NCBI RefSeq assembly: GCF_044324785.1
Contig: NZ_CP172127.1
DNA: 64,000 nucleotides
Source: Escherichia coli
Lineage (GTDB): Bacteria > Pseudomonadota > Gammaproteobacteria > Enterobacterales > Enterobacteriaceae
Direction: 5' to 3' (one strand)
Below, one piece after another: positions 45,472 through 56,005 of the stretch. How positions within the stretch are numbered: position 1 is the stretch's first letter; every line of letters starts with the position of its first letter. Position numbers and translations under genes: made by a program. The notes under the pieces are model-generated. The model was not told where the DNA came from. It was given only the letters and a program-made list of their open reading frames with translations, and did no database searches.

Positions 45472-46889
45472 TGAGCCAGACACTGTTTAATCAGCCGCTG
45501 AACGTTATTAATGTCGGTATCGAAATGTTCAGCGATGACATGAAAAAGCAGAATGTACCGGTAACCCAACTTGACTGGACACCGCCAGGCCAAGGAAACA
45601 TACAAGTGGTAACGGCACTGGACGACATTGCCGCTTCACCACTGGCAGACAAAATTGCAGCTGCTAATCAGCTGGCGCTGGAACGCATTATCCAGTCGCA
45701 TCCTGTGCTAATTGGCTATGATCAGGCGATCAACGTCGTGCCGGGTATGACCCGTAACACTATCCTTCACGCCGGGCCGCCAATCCACTGGGAAAAAATG
45801 TGCGGCGCAATGAAGGGCGCAGTAACCGGGGCTCTGGTATTTGAAGGACTGGCGAAAGATCTGGATGATGCCGCCGAACTAGCTGCTTCAGGTGAAATCA
45901 TCTTCTCTCCGTGCCACGAACATGACTGTGTCGGCTCAATGGCGGGTGTCACGTCTGCATCGATGTTTATGCACATCGTCGAGAACAAAACCTATGGAAA
46001 CCGCGCATATACCAATATGAGCGAGCAGATGGCAAAGATCCTGCGTATGGGCGCTAACGACCAGAGCGTTATAGAGCGTCTTAACTGGATGCGAGATGTA
46101 CTGGGACCTATGTTGCGCGATGCTATGAAGCTGGCGGGCGAAATCGATCTGCACTTGATGTTAGCGCAGGCGCTGCATATGGGCGATGAGTGCCATAACC
46201 GCAACAACGCCGGGACGGCGCTGCTGATTCAGACGCTGACGCCGTGGATTATTCAGACTGGCTACCCTGTTGAGCAGCAGCGTGAGGTGTTCGAGTTTGT
46301 CCTCAGTAGTGATTACTTCTCAGGACCAACATGGATGGCAATGTGTAAAGCCGCAATGGACGCTGCGCACGGCATTGAATACAGCACCGTGGTGACAACG
46401 ATGGCACGCAATGGTGTTGAGTTCGGTCTTCGTATTAGCGGTTTGCCGGGCAAGTGGTTTACCGGTCCGGCGCAGCAGGTGATTGGGCCGATGTTTGCGG
46501 GCTATAAGCTAGAGGATTCCGGACGTGATATCGGTGATAGTGCAATTACCGAAACCTACGGCGTTGGCGGTTTCGCTATGGCGACGGCACCAGCTATTGT
46601 GTCACTGGTGGGCGGAACAGTTGAGGAAGCTATTGATTTCTCACGTAAAATGAGAGAAATCACTCTCGGAGAAAACCCCAACGTCACCATTCCCCTGCTT
46701 GGTTTTATGGGCGTACCGACCGCTATCGATATTACGCGTGTAGGCAGTACAGGCATTCTGCCGGTAATTAACACAGCCATTGCGCACAAAGACGCAGGGA
46801 TCGGCATGATCGGCGCAGGAATTGTTCACCCGCCGTTCACTTGTTTTGAAAAGGCGATCCTCAACTGGCGTGACCACTACTGCCAATAA
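45471..46889 (+). CDS. yahG: YahG/YlbE-like DUF1116-family protein
   Basis: 472-aa ORF translationally coupled to yahF. Confidence 0.7.
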   Translation: MSQTLFNQPLNVINVGIEMFSDDMKKQNVPVTQLDWTPPGQGNIQVVTALDDIAASPLADKIAAANQLALERIIQSHPVLIGYDQAINVVPGMTRNTILHAGPPIHWEKMCGAMKGAVTGALVFEGLAKDLDDAAELAASGEIIFSPCHEHDCVGSMAGVTSASMFMHIVENKTYGNRAYTNMSEQMAKILRMGANDQSVIERLNWMRDVLGPMLRDAMKLAGEIDLHLMLAQALHMGDECHNRNNAGTALLIQTLTPWIIQTGYPVEQQREVFEFVLSSDYFSGPTWMAMCKAAMDAAHGIEYSTVVTTMARNGVEFGLRISGLPGKWFTGPAQQVIGPMFAGYKLEDSGRDIGDSAITETYGVGGFAMATAPAIVSLVGGTVEEAIDFSRKMREITLGENPNVTIPLLGFMGVPTAIDITRVGSTGILPVINTAIAHKDAGIGMIGAGIVHPPFTCFEKAILNWRDHYCQ

Positions 46890-47001
46890 CAATAACCGGG
46901 GCTAACGCAGTTAGCCCCACAGTAGCGGAAAACGTTGTTTACCTTCAGGGCTGGGCGATCTCCATGATCGCAAACGATGCTTAACCTGTTAAGGAGATTC
47001 C

Positions 47002-48552
47002 ATGAACAGCATAAAACTAGAATGGAAACGTGGTGACTGGGCGGCTTACTTTGGACTGATGACCAACAATCTGACTAACCTGCTGACAATGATGGGTCTG
47101 CTAATTTTTGTCGTCGGAATCCCTACTGAAATTGTCTATGGACGCATTGCGCCTGCCTTTGGTCTTGCAGTGCTGGCGGCCAGTGTCTGCTACTCCTGGT
47201 TTGGTCTACAGATGGTGAAGAAAACCGGTCGTAGCGATGTAACGGCGCTGCCGTCTGGACCGAGCGCACCCTCAATCTTTACCGTGACATTCCTGGTGCT
47301 GATGCCGGTTTATCAGCAAACCAAAGATGCCAACTTTGCTATTCAGATAGGATTGGTGTGGTGCTTTGTCGAAGCGTTGATCCTGGTCGGTGGCTCCTTC
47401 CTGGGTGAGACTATCCGCAAGATGATCCCGCGTACAGTGCTGCTTTCTTGTCTGTCCGGACTGGGGTTATTACTGCTGGCAATGAACCCGATGCTGCAAG
47501 CGTTCGAAGCGCCGACAGTTTCTTTCATCGTCCTGTTATTGATCTTCATTAACTGGTTCGGTAAGAAGCCGATTTTTCCCCATATTCCTACCGGTTTGCT
47601 GTTGCTGATTGCTGGTACGTCCCTAGCGTGGATATCCGGTTTACAAAGCCCGGAAGACATTAAAGCGTCGATGTCTTCCTTCGGCTTCAACCCGCCGGAA
47701 ATTCATGTAAGGAGCTTCCTGCAAGGTTTGCCGCACGCTCTGCCATATCTGGCTTCTGCAGTTCCTTTGGGCCTGGCTAACTACATTTTTGACCTCGAGA
47801 ACATTGAAAGTGCGCACGCGGCTGGTGATGAATACAACACCCGTAAGGTCATGATGGCGAACGGCTTTGCCTCCATGCTCGGTTGCATGCTGGGTAATCC
47901 GTTCCCGGTAACCGTATATGTTGGGCATGCAGGCTGGAAAGCTATGGGCGCTAGTATCTGCTATACCCTCGCATCAGGCATCACTATGTTTCTGGTGCCA
48001 TTGTTTGGGTTGGGCGCGTTTATGCTCGCCATTATTCCCATGACTGCTATAGTGCCAATTCTGGTTTTTATCGGTGTGGTAACCGCCAATCAGGTGGTGC
48101 GAGAAACTCCTAAAGTCGAGGTTCCCGTCATTTTCATCTGTCTGTTCCCATGGGTCGCCAACTGGGCATTGACCATCGTTAACAGCGTGATGGGCGCAGC
48201 CGGAACATCCGCTGAGAAACTTGGTAGCGACCTGTTGCACAGCAAAGGCGTCTATTACGATGGACTGATGCATCTGGGAAGCGGTGCACCGCTGGCCAGC
48301 ATGCTGTGGGGATGCATTGCTATCTTTGCCATTATGAATAAGCCGCTGCGCGGGGCGATAGCTGCATCCTTTGGAGCACTGTTATCGCTGTTTGGCGTGA
48401 TTCACTCCCCAGCGGTTGGCTTTGCGGAAGGCAGCTCGATTGTGTTTGTTGTGGCCTACCTGATGATGCTTGCTATGTTTGCCCTCAAGCATGTTATTGA
48501 TAGCCGTGAAACAGTGGCTGCGTCTGAGCAGGAAGAGACTAAAACGACCTGA
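47002..48552 (+). CDS. Integral membrane transporter, 516 aa, family not assigned
   Basis: More than 10 predicted hydrophobic segments; located between yahG-like and yahI-like genes. Confidence 0.7.
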   Translation: MNSIKLEWKRGDWAAYFGLMTNNLTNLLTMMGLLIFVVGIPTEIVYGRIAPAFGLAVLAASVCYSWFGLQMVKKTGRSDVTALPSGPSAPSIFTVTFLVLMPVYQQTKDANFAIQIGLVWCFVEALILVGGSFLGETIRKMIPRTVLLSCLSGLGLLLLAMNPMLQAFEAPTVSFIVLLLIFINWFGKKPIFPHIPTGLLLLIAGTSLAWISGLQSPEDIKASMSSFGFNPPEIHVRSFLQGLPHALPYLASAVPLGLANYIFDLENIESAHAAGDEYNTRKVMMANGFASMLGCMLGNPFPVTVYVGHAGWKAMGASICYTLASGITMFLVPLFGLGAFMLAIIPMTAIVPILVFIGVVTANQVVRETPKVEVPVIFICLFPWVANWALTIVNSVMGAAGTSAEKLGSDLLHSKGVYYDGLMHLGSGAPLASMLWGCIAIFAIMNKPLRGAIAASFGALLSLFGVIHSPAVGFAEGSSIVFVVAYLMMLAMFALKHVIDSRETVAASEQEETKTT

Positions 48553-48578
48553 ATAGCCTGCAAACGGAAGATAATTCT

Positions 48579-49541
48579 ATGAAAGAACTTGTGGTCGTTG
48601 CCATTGGTGGCAACAGCATTATCAAAGATAACGCCAGCCAGTCGATTGAGCATCAGGCGGAGGCGGTGAAGGCCGTCGCCGATACGGTTCTGGAAATGCT
48701 GGCTTCCGATTACGACATTGTGCTGACCCACGGCAACGGGCCGCAGGTCGGTCTGGATTTACGCCGCGCGGAGATAGCCCACGAGCGCGAAGGGCTACCC
48801 TTAACGCCGCTGGCGAACTGTGTGGCGGATACGCAAGGCGGCATTGGCTATCTGATCCAGCAGGCGCTGAACAACCGGCTGGCGCCTCTCGGCGAGAAAA
48901 AAGCCGTCACCGTGGTGACTCAGGTGGAAGTGGATAAAAACGATCCGGGGTTTGTCCATCCCACCAAGCCCATCGGTGCATTCTTTAGTGAAAACCAGCG
49001 TGATGAACTACAAAAGGCAAACCCTGACTGGCGTTTTGTTGAAGATGCCGGACGGGGCTATCGCCGCGTGGTCGCCTCGCCGGAACCGAAACGTATTGTC
49101 GAAGCACCTGCCATTAAGACTCTGATCCAGCAAGGCTTTGTGGTGATTGGCGCGGGCGGCGGTGGCATTCCGGTGGTGCGTACTGACGCAGGGGATTACC
49201 AAAGCGTGGACGCGGTTATCGACAAAGATCTCTCTAGCGCGCTACTGGCTCGCGAAATTCACGCCGACATTCTGGTGATCACCACCGGCGTGGAAAAAGT
49301 GAGTATTCATTTTGGGAAACCCAACCAGCATGCACTGGATACAGTGGATGTCCTAACGATGGCCCGTTACATGCAGGAGGGTCACTTCCCGCCTGGGAGT
49401 ATGTTACCGAAGATTCTTGCCAGTCTGGAGTTCCTGGAACGTGGAGGTAAAAGAGTGATTATCACCACGCCTGAATGCCTGTCCGCGGCACTGCGTGGCG
49501 AAACAGGCACCCATATTATCCACTCCCAAGAGGAGACGTAA
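48579..49541 (+). CDS. yahI: Carbamate kinase-like protein (YahI/ArcC family)
   Basis: VVVAIGGNSI...LTHGNGPQVG...GGGGIPV amino-acid-kinase-family motifs. Confidence 0.8.
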   Translation: MKELVVVAIGGNSIIKDNASQSIEHQAEAVKAVADTVLEMLASDYDIVLTHGNGPQVGLDLRRAEIAHEREGLPLTPLANCVADTQGGIGYLIQQALNNRLAPLGEKKAVTVVTQVEVDKNDPGFVHPTKPIGAFFSENQRDELQKANPDWRFVEDAGRGYRRVVASPEPKRIVEAPAIKTLIQQGFVVIGAGGGGIPVVRTDAGDYQSVDAVIDKDLSSALLAREIHADILVITTGVEKVSIHFGKPNQHALDTVDVLTMARYMQEGHFPPGSMLPKILASLEFLERGGKRVIITTPECLSAALRGETGTHIIHSQEET

Positions 49542-50328
49542 ATTAAGGAAAGCGACCGCCGCCGTGAATTTTTAATGTTCATTGCAGATTATCGTGGGCT
49601 GGAAATGATAACGGTTGGGGAGTTATTGTTTAGTTGCTAAAACAGAACGATAACCAACCCCAACCGTTCTCAATTTCGAATACTATCTTTTCCATTTATC
49701 TCTGGATAGGCTTTGACGTCGTCCCTACTGAGTAAAATCCCCCTCATCATCCACCTAAAACCGATTGAAAACGGTCATTACTCTTGTGGCAAACAGGCTA
49801 AAGCCGTTCACGATGCTTCACTTCGCACCTTATCGTAATGAACAATACTGGTATTTCCAGTTCAGTTACGCCTACCCGTCTACCGCATTCTTTGCCCTAA
49901 CTGCGGCATAGTTCGGGATTATATCAGCTGGCTAAAGCCTTATGCTCATCAGACCACATGACTCATTGAGCATGTTGAGGCGTTACTCAAAATCTTGCCG
50001 ATTAAACATATTTCGTAATTTCTTACCCTGCACTAACATATCATCAATACTATCGACAAACGTCAGTTGCAAATAGAGGTCACAGGGTCTGATTGATGTA
50101 CTGTCAAGGCCGGGTCATGAAAGAGTTTGCCCTGTTCAAAGCTCATCGTTACGCACCGTCGTAGCCGATGCGGATACTCATCAATCCTCTGGATAGGTGA
50201 GGTGCGTAGTAGAGAAGCTCGGTCGTTTTTCGTTAATCTGAATCAGTACTGTCAACATATTCAAGTCGTTAATATGGATATGAATACCTCCTTTGACCTA
50301 GAGGTACAGATGCACTACCCCCCAAGCT

Positions 50329-50352
50329 GTCAACGACGGATGAAAAGTGGCT
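50329..50352. repeat. Solo IS21-family (IS100-like) terminal IR remnant
   Basis: TGTCAACGACGGATGAAAAGTGGC, matches the IR at 12747..12772 and 29826..29850. Confidence 0.4.
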
Positions 50353-50684
50353 CTTCCGCAACCTGGATGGAGATTTTCATGCCAGTGGACTCATGACCCT
50401 CTGCCTGAGTAGTTCAAATCCGGCTCGACCATACATCTGGCCTTTCAGCATTTTTAGCCAATTTACATGACTTTCGACCACCCCCCATTATTCCAGCGAC
50501 TGCTGATTGCCTCACATATAGCCGCAGCATCAGCTACCATCCTTGCAGCCACGCGCCGAAGTTACCACTTTCTCGTTGCTCTTTTAACCACTCCCTCCAT
50601 GGGTCCAGAAGTCCTCGCTCTGGAGGCCGGGTTGACATTTCAGGGAATGTTCCTGAACACACCCAGAGACTGACTGTCACACGT

Positions 50685-50741
50685 GATAAGCCTGTAATAC
50701 GGGATAAGCCTGTAATACGGGATAAGCCTGTAATACGGGAT
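50685..50741. repeat. Perfect 19-bp tandem repeat x3 (GATAAGCCTGTAATACGGG)
   Basis: Three exact head-to-tail copies; read through by the tail of the 50640..51539 ORF (IPYYRL x3). Confidence 0.9.
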
Positions 50742-50779
50742 ATTTCCCCTGAACCCACATCCCTTGTTATGTAGTGCCA

Positions 50780-51539
50780 TAACCTCTGTCCAACGCTGAT
50801 GCCGTTTTTGGCGGGTTTGCTGTTTAAGGCGTTCCGGACGACGGAGCGATGCTACAGGCACAGACAGTACTGGCTTAGGTGATTTCTTTGGTGACAACCC
50901 ACTGGCAACAAGACGTATCAGAGGCATCTGTCTGTACATCATTCGTTCAGGCGCATCGCCAATATTTTTTAGCAGGTGCCATCGATCAGCTATCTGTCTG
51001 GCCTGAGGTGCACCTTCACGTGCTGCTGTCGCATAGACTCCGCCACGGTCACGTGAGACAACCTGTATTTCCGGATATTTTCTGAACCAGGTCGCCAGCG
51101 TACTCTGATCGCAACCGGGAAGCAGGACGAGGGGACGGTGAGTATCAAGATTGACAATTAACGTGCCGTAATGGTGGCCCCGATGCCACGCCCACTCATC
51201 AATACCGACATGAGGCGCGCCCGACTGTTTCGTCTCCGGGGTATTAATAACCCTGCGAAGAAGAGTATCAGCACTGCAACGGAGCCCCACTGCCGTTGCT
51301 GCCTGTTTCCCGGCCTCACCTCCGGCTATTAATCCCAGTTGATGTTGTAAATTTTGTAACACCTGTGAAGAATGCTGGGAGTGAACCGGCGAAGGGGGCA
51401 AGCGACCCGGCAAAAATTTTACGTGAACAAGCCGGGTTACGGCAGTACCAGTGGCGGACGGAAAATACAAGCCATAGCGTCTGCCCTGAGCAGGGTAGAT
51501 GCTGTATCCGGCGCCGACGATAACTATGAACAGAGTCAC
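50780..51539 (-). pseudogene. ISL3-like transposase fragment, N-terminally truncated
   Basis: GIDEWAWHRGHHYGTLIVNLDTHRPLVLLPG...VVSRDRGGVYATAAREGAPQARQIADRWHLLKNIGDA resembles the ISL3-family catalytic region; no N-terminal zinc-finger/HTH part. Confidence 0.45.
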
Positions 51540-51716
51540 TACGCTTAAAGCATTCAGGACTTGTGCTGTTTTGCGTTTTCCGTGGAGATGGAGGGTTATA
51601 CCGTCAGAGCTAATAATTTGTCGACTGCATCTCCATCCGCAAGGTAACTGTAGAAGTGTCTGGTGATGCTGCCAACTTACTGATTTAGTGTATGATGGTG
51701 TTTTTGAGGTGCTCCA

Positions 51717-51992
51717 GTGGCTTCTGTTTCTATCAGCTGTCCCTCCTGTTCAGCTACTGACGGGGTGGTGCGTAACGGCAAAAGCACCGCCGGACATCAG
51801 CGCTATCTCTGCTCTCACTGCCGTAAAACATGGCAACTGCAGTTCACTTACACCGCTTCTCAACCCGGTACGCACCAGAAAATCATTGATATGGCCATGA
51901 ATGGCGTTGGATGCCGGGCAACTGCCCGCATTATGGGCGTTGGCCTCAACACGATTTTACGTCACTTAAAAAACTCAGGCCGCAGTCGGTAA
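51717..51992 (+). CDS. insA: IS1 InsA
   Basis: [88 protein letters not shown]. Confidence 0.9.
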
Positions 51993-52414
51993 CCTCGCGC
52001 ATACAGCCGGGCAGTGACGTCATCGTCTGCGCGGAAATGGACGAACAGTGGGGCTATGTCGGGGCTAAATCGCGCCAGCGCTGGCTGTTTTACGCGTATG
52101 ACAGTCTCCGGAAGACGGTTGTTGCGCACGTATTCGGTGAACGCACTATGGCGACGCTGGGGCGTCTTATGAGCCTGCTGTCACCCTTTGACGTGGTGAT
52201 ATGGATGACGGATGGCTGGCCGCTGTATGAATCCCGCCTGAAGGGAAAGCTGCACGTAATCAGCAAGCGATATACGCAGCGAATTGAGCGGCATAACCTG
52301 AATCTGAGGCAGCACCTGGCACGGCTGGGACGGAAGTCGCTGTCGTTTTCAAAATCGGTGGAGCTGCATGACAAAGTCATCAGGCATTATCTGAACATAA
52401 AACACTATCAATAA
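51911..52414 (+). CDS. insB: IS1 InsB frame (expressed as an InsAB fusion by frameshifting)
   Basis: ...[51 protein letters not shown]... Confidence 0.9.
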
Positions 52415-52425
52415 GTTGGAGTCAT

Positions 52426-52578
52426 TACCGTGTTCCCGACAGACGACTCGGTGAAAAAAGTGGTGTGGCTGGCAATCCAGTCTGCGTCCCAGAAATGGAC
52501 GATGCCGTTGAAGGACTGGCGAATGGCAATGAGCCGCTTTATTATCGAGTTCGGTGACCGCCTGGACGGTCACTTCTG
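52426..52578 (+). pseudogene. IS256-family transposase C-terminal fragment (last about 50 aa), abutting the IS1 right end
   Basis: VFPTDDSVKKVVWLAIQSASQKWTMPLKDWRMAMSRFIIEFGDRLDGHF-stop. Confidence 0.75.
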
Positions 52579-52848
52579 AGAAAAGGCATTTACACAGAAT
52601 CCTAAACAGGCTCATTCAGACAGCTTTTTATTTCACTATGGCTATCCCAGAACAATCAGTACAAATAATAAAAGACATATCACAGCAACACTCCACACTG
52701 ACAGCGCAAAAATAAATGCCGCCTTTGTTATCTTCATATACAAGCAACCTGTCCTGATAATCACCAGCTCATGTTTTATTCTTAACCATTCGTCACAAAT
52801 ACAACAAAAAATAACAGCAGCAGCACCGATATCACAATATAAGATACA

Positions 52849-53304
52849 TTATTCAACACCTGAATCCCCCGCCGCTTCTCTCCCCTTTATAAAACGCCCC
52901 TTCCGGAATCCAGACCGCTGCAGTGCACGACGAAGATGACCGTATACCGTCTTGTCATTCTGCCCCGTCTCTTCTGTAATCTCCGCAATACTTAAACCTC
53001 TGTAATACCGGTTCAGTAACGCTCTGCGCTCTTCCAGCGTCAACACACCTCCGGCCGCTCTCAGATTCAGCATCGACTTATTCAGAATACAGCAGGCCTC
53101 TCCGGTAAAAAGAATACGAACAATATCTGTATACTCATCATCACAGAATACAAAATAATATCTGAATGACCTGCCTGACTGCACCCTTCTTCTGTCTGAT
53201 ATGGCATCTTCTATATATCTGATTCGACTGCTTACGGTTCCAAATACCTCTCGCAGGGCTTTTTCAAAATAAATATCTCTCGTCGCCAGGATTATATCCA
53301 GCAT
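52849..53304 (-). CDS. LuxR/FixJ-type HTH transcriptional regulator
   Basis: 151-aa ORF; C-terminal LTLEERRALLNRYYRGLSIAEITEETGQNDKTVYGHLRRA resembles a LuxR-type HTH; N-terminal domain unassigned. Confidence 0.55.
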   Translation of the reverse strand: MLDIILATRDIYFEKALREVFGTVSSRIRYIEDAISDRRRVQSGRSFRYYFVFCDDEYTDIVRILFTGEACCILNKSMLNLRAAGGVLTLEERRALLNRYYRGLSIAEITEETGQNDKTVYGHLRRALQRSGFRKGRFIKGREAAGDSGVE

Positions 53305-53365
53305 CTCTGTACCTCATTATATCCCGGGGGACTCCCCCCGGGACAGATATCTAAATCCTGACCTG

Positions 53366-54631
53366 TCAGAACTCAAAATTCACACCAGCATTCCACGATG
53401 CGGATGACCCACCTGCAGCAACTGCAACTTTTCCTGCCACATTCTCTGTGAAACGGTAGCCCACGCCCACCGCAATGGCCTGCTCATCACGGTAACCACC
53501 AACGGCTGCTGTCGCGTTAAATTTTCCAACACTGTATGGCTGGAAAAGACCGGCCAGTGCCGCGCTCTGGGCTGCACTCTCCCTTAACTCCTTCCGGTTC
53601 TCTTTAATCTGCTCCTGCATATTATTCATTCTCTCTGTCGCCATCTTCTGCCAGGCTTCCGTCAAATCCAGACGATGACTGTTATTCCTTATCGCTGCTG
53701 TATTTGAGGCTATTGCTGCATCCGTCTGCGCCCTGTTCTTCACAAGCACATCGCTGAGATGTTCTGCCTGGCTTTTCGCTTCTTTACGGGCATCCCGTAC
53801 ACTTTTATCTGTATAAGCCCGGGAAACCTGAACTGTTTCATCCGCTTTTTCTTTTATTTCATCCTGAAGAGCAAGAGAAGATGCATCCGTATACGCCACC
53901 GCTGCCGATGTGCCTGCAATAATATCCCTGCTGAGTTCATCACGTACTGCTGTAACCTGACTGTCAGTATGAGCACGGGCATCTCTGTATACACCGCCTA
54001 TCTCACCGCGCAGGGCATCCCCCGACACCCGTACAGCATCTGCAATGGCGTTGTCCATCTGTCCTTTTGTGGCCGCATCACTATCCTTAACACCATCTGA
54101 AACATTTATAATCCGGCGGGTTTCCGGTGCTCCTTTGACACTCTCTCCATATCCCTCAGGCCCGGCACCAACAGATACCACGTTATTTTCTCCCGACACC
54201 TGTGAGCCATGGCCCAGAGCTACAGAACTGGTAGAATCCTGCACAGATGAAAACGCACCAATTGCCGAGCTCTGACGAGAAGAAATAAGTGACGCTTCTT
54301 TTCCTGCAACAGTCCCCCATTCAGAGTCAGCAATAAGTGCATCATGCCCCAGACTCACACTTCCCGGAGAGTTCACAACACCAGAATTATTCCCCAAAAG
54401 CACAGTCCTGTTTGAGTCTAATAAAAAAGAATCATCACCAATCAACCATACATTTCTTACTTTATCAATCGAACGGCCAGCTACTGATTCTCCAACAAGA
54501 AAGCTATTATCTTCGCCAGGTTCAATCGGTCCGATTAAAATATCCTGAGCCTGAGCCTGAGCCGAGAGCAGCAGGGCCACACTCACTGCCAGCGCGCTTT
54601 TCTTTAAAAAAGCATCACGTCTTTTAAGCAT
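53366..54631 (-). CDS. Trimeric autotransporter adhesin, YadA/Eib-like
   Basis: Signal peptide [28 protein letters not shown]; coiled-coil stalk; C-terminal YadA-type anchor ([42 protein letters not shown]...GVNFEF); the track ORF starts 54 bp earlier. Confidence 0.8.
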   Translation of the reverse strand: MLKRRDAFLKKSALAVSVALLLSAQAQAQDILIGPIEPGEDNSFLVGESVAGRSIDKVRNVWLIGDDSFLLDSNRTVLLGNNSGVVNSPGSVSLGHDALIADSEWGTVAGKEASLISSRQSSAIGAFSSVQDSTSSVALGHGSQVSGENNVVSVGAGPEGYGESVKGAPETRRIINVSDGVKDSDAATKGQMDNAIADAVRVSGDALRGEIGGVYRDARAHTDSQVTAVRDELSRDIIAGTSAAVAYTDASSLALQDEIKEKADETVQVSRAYTDKSVRDARKEAKSQAEHLSDVLVKNRAQTDAAIASNTAAIRNNSHRLDLTEAWQKMATERMNNMQEQIKENRKELRESAAQSAALAGLFQPYSVGKFNATAAVGGYRDEQAIAVGVGYRFTENVAGKVAVAAGGSSASWNAGVNFEF

Positions 54632-55828
54632 TCTGTTATTCTCCTGTATTATTACTTCACCAGCCAGAACGGTAGTGCGGAGCAAAAATACAGTGATAAG
54701 AATCCTCTTTTATTAATTTAATAATGCCAGGAATATTATTGTGTATAATATGCGCCCTCAATTTAAGCAGCAGAAAAGCAATGACGAGAAAATCATTAAA
54801 ATACATAAAGATAAAACATCATAACTATAATTATAATAAGCGCGCTTATTTTAGCATCTGAACATTTAAAGTACTGCTATCACAAAACAATAAAAATCCT
54901 GGGTAATATCTCTGATGATTGAATGAGAAATTCACGATGTCTGGTGAGAATTCTGTTCAAAACGAGGAATGCAGACATACATGTGGCAGGCATGGACTTC
55001 CACCGATTTAACTTTTTTCCTTCCTTGTATTTACACATCACACATTTTGCGCTACAAAAATTTCACGTGGCACGCACCACGTGATCCGTAGAAAAGCCTC
55101 TTGTTACGAATTTCGTAAACCGCACGTCTGTCTGGTCGTGCGGATTTTTTATCCGTCAACTTCACATGAAACCGCCAGATCACTGTTTCCGGATTCAGAC
55201 ATCAGGCATATTATCATCCACAATGTCGTGAACAAGATCACACTTTTGCAATTCCTTTATTGATCGAAAGCAGTTAATCACGGAAATTAATTACCGGAGT
55301 GAAAGCATTACTGCATCGTAAATATCTACCATTTTTGACTACACCCTCTGACAGAATTTTCAGAGGGTTTTTTATCAGTTTCACCATCCAACCCTGTACG
55401 CCAGAATGGTTTCACTGTCACTCAGTTCTGCTATTGCCTTTTTCATCTCCCTTTACCTTACGTTCTGCCAGAGTCTGAGCCATTTGAACAGGAGGTTATC
55501 ATTGATATCGTGTTCCCGGGCAATACGGGCAACAGAGGCTCCTGGTTGCAAAACCAGTTTAACCATTTGAAGTTTAACTCATTTGAAAATGATCTGCGGG
55601 GTTCTGCGGATAATGTTTTTGCTCCATAACAGGCGCCCACCAGTTTGAAAAGGTGGGCACCTACGTTACCAATACTGGCTTAATGGATACATACGGCGGT
55701 CGGTTCTTACGGTAAAACGACACAACCAAACGCTTCTTATCCTGCAATGAACTGCTTTATTACCGAGTTTAGTGACCGCACAGACACTCACTTTTAAGAA
55801 AAACAGAATGGTAAACAAACTCCATGAA

Positions 55829-56005
55829 TTACAATAGCTCTCTGGCTGCCGCCACAATAGCTTGCGCGGTTAACCCGTACTCTCTCTGTAAAAAGTCCTG
55901 AGTTTCAACCTGGCCATACCGCTCTTTAACCCCCACCCGACGCATGGGCACAGGACAAGTTTCTACAAGCACTTCAGCAACTGCTGAACCTAATCCATTA
56001 TGAAT
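55829..56005 (-). pseudogene. C-terminal fragment of a transketolase-family (C-terminal subunit) gene, truncated by the IS1-family element
   Basis: Minus-strand frame ...HNGLGSAVAEVLVETCPVPMRRVGVKERYGQVETQDFLQREYGLTAQAIVAAARELL-stop. Confidence 0.45.

Larger units (their letters stand above)
51661..52428 (+). mobile_element. IS1, complete, 768 bp
   Basis: Left IR GGTGATGCTGCCAACTTACTGAT at 51661, right end ...GGTAATGACTCCAACTTATTGAT-like at 52428; insA and insB in the usual arrangement. Confidence 0.9.

Noticed and set aside
50685-50741. Possible CRISPR array
   Set aside because: Only three identical 19-bp units placed head to tail with no spacers; no cas genes anywhere in the window.
50640-50779. 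N-terminal part of the 299-aa ORF 50640..51539 translating the 19-bp repeats as IPYYRL x3
   Set aside because: Read-through of a noncoding tandem repeat; transposase homology begins only upstream of about 50780.
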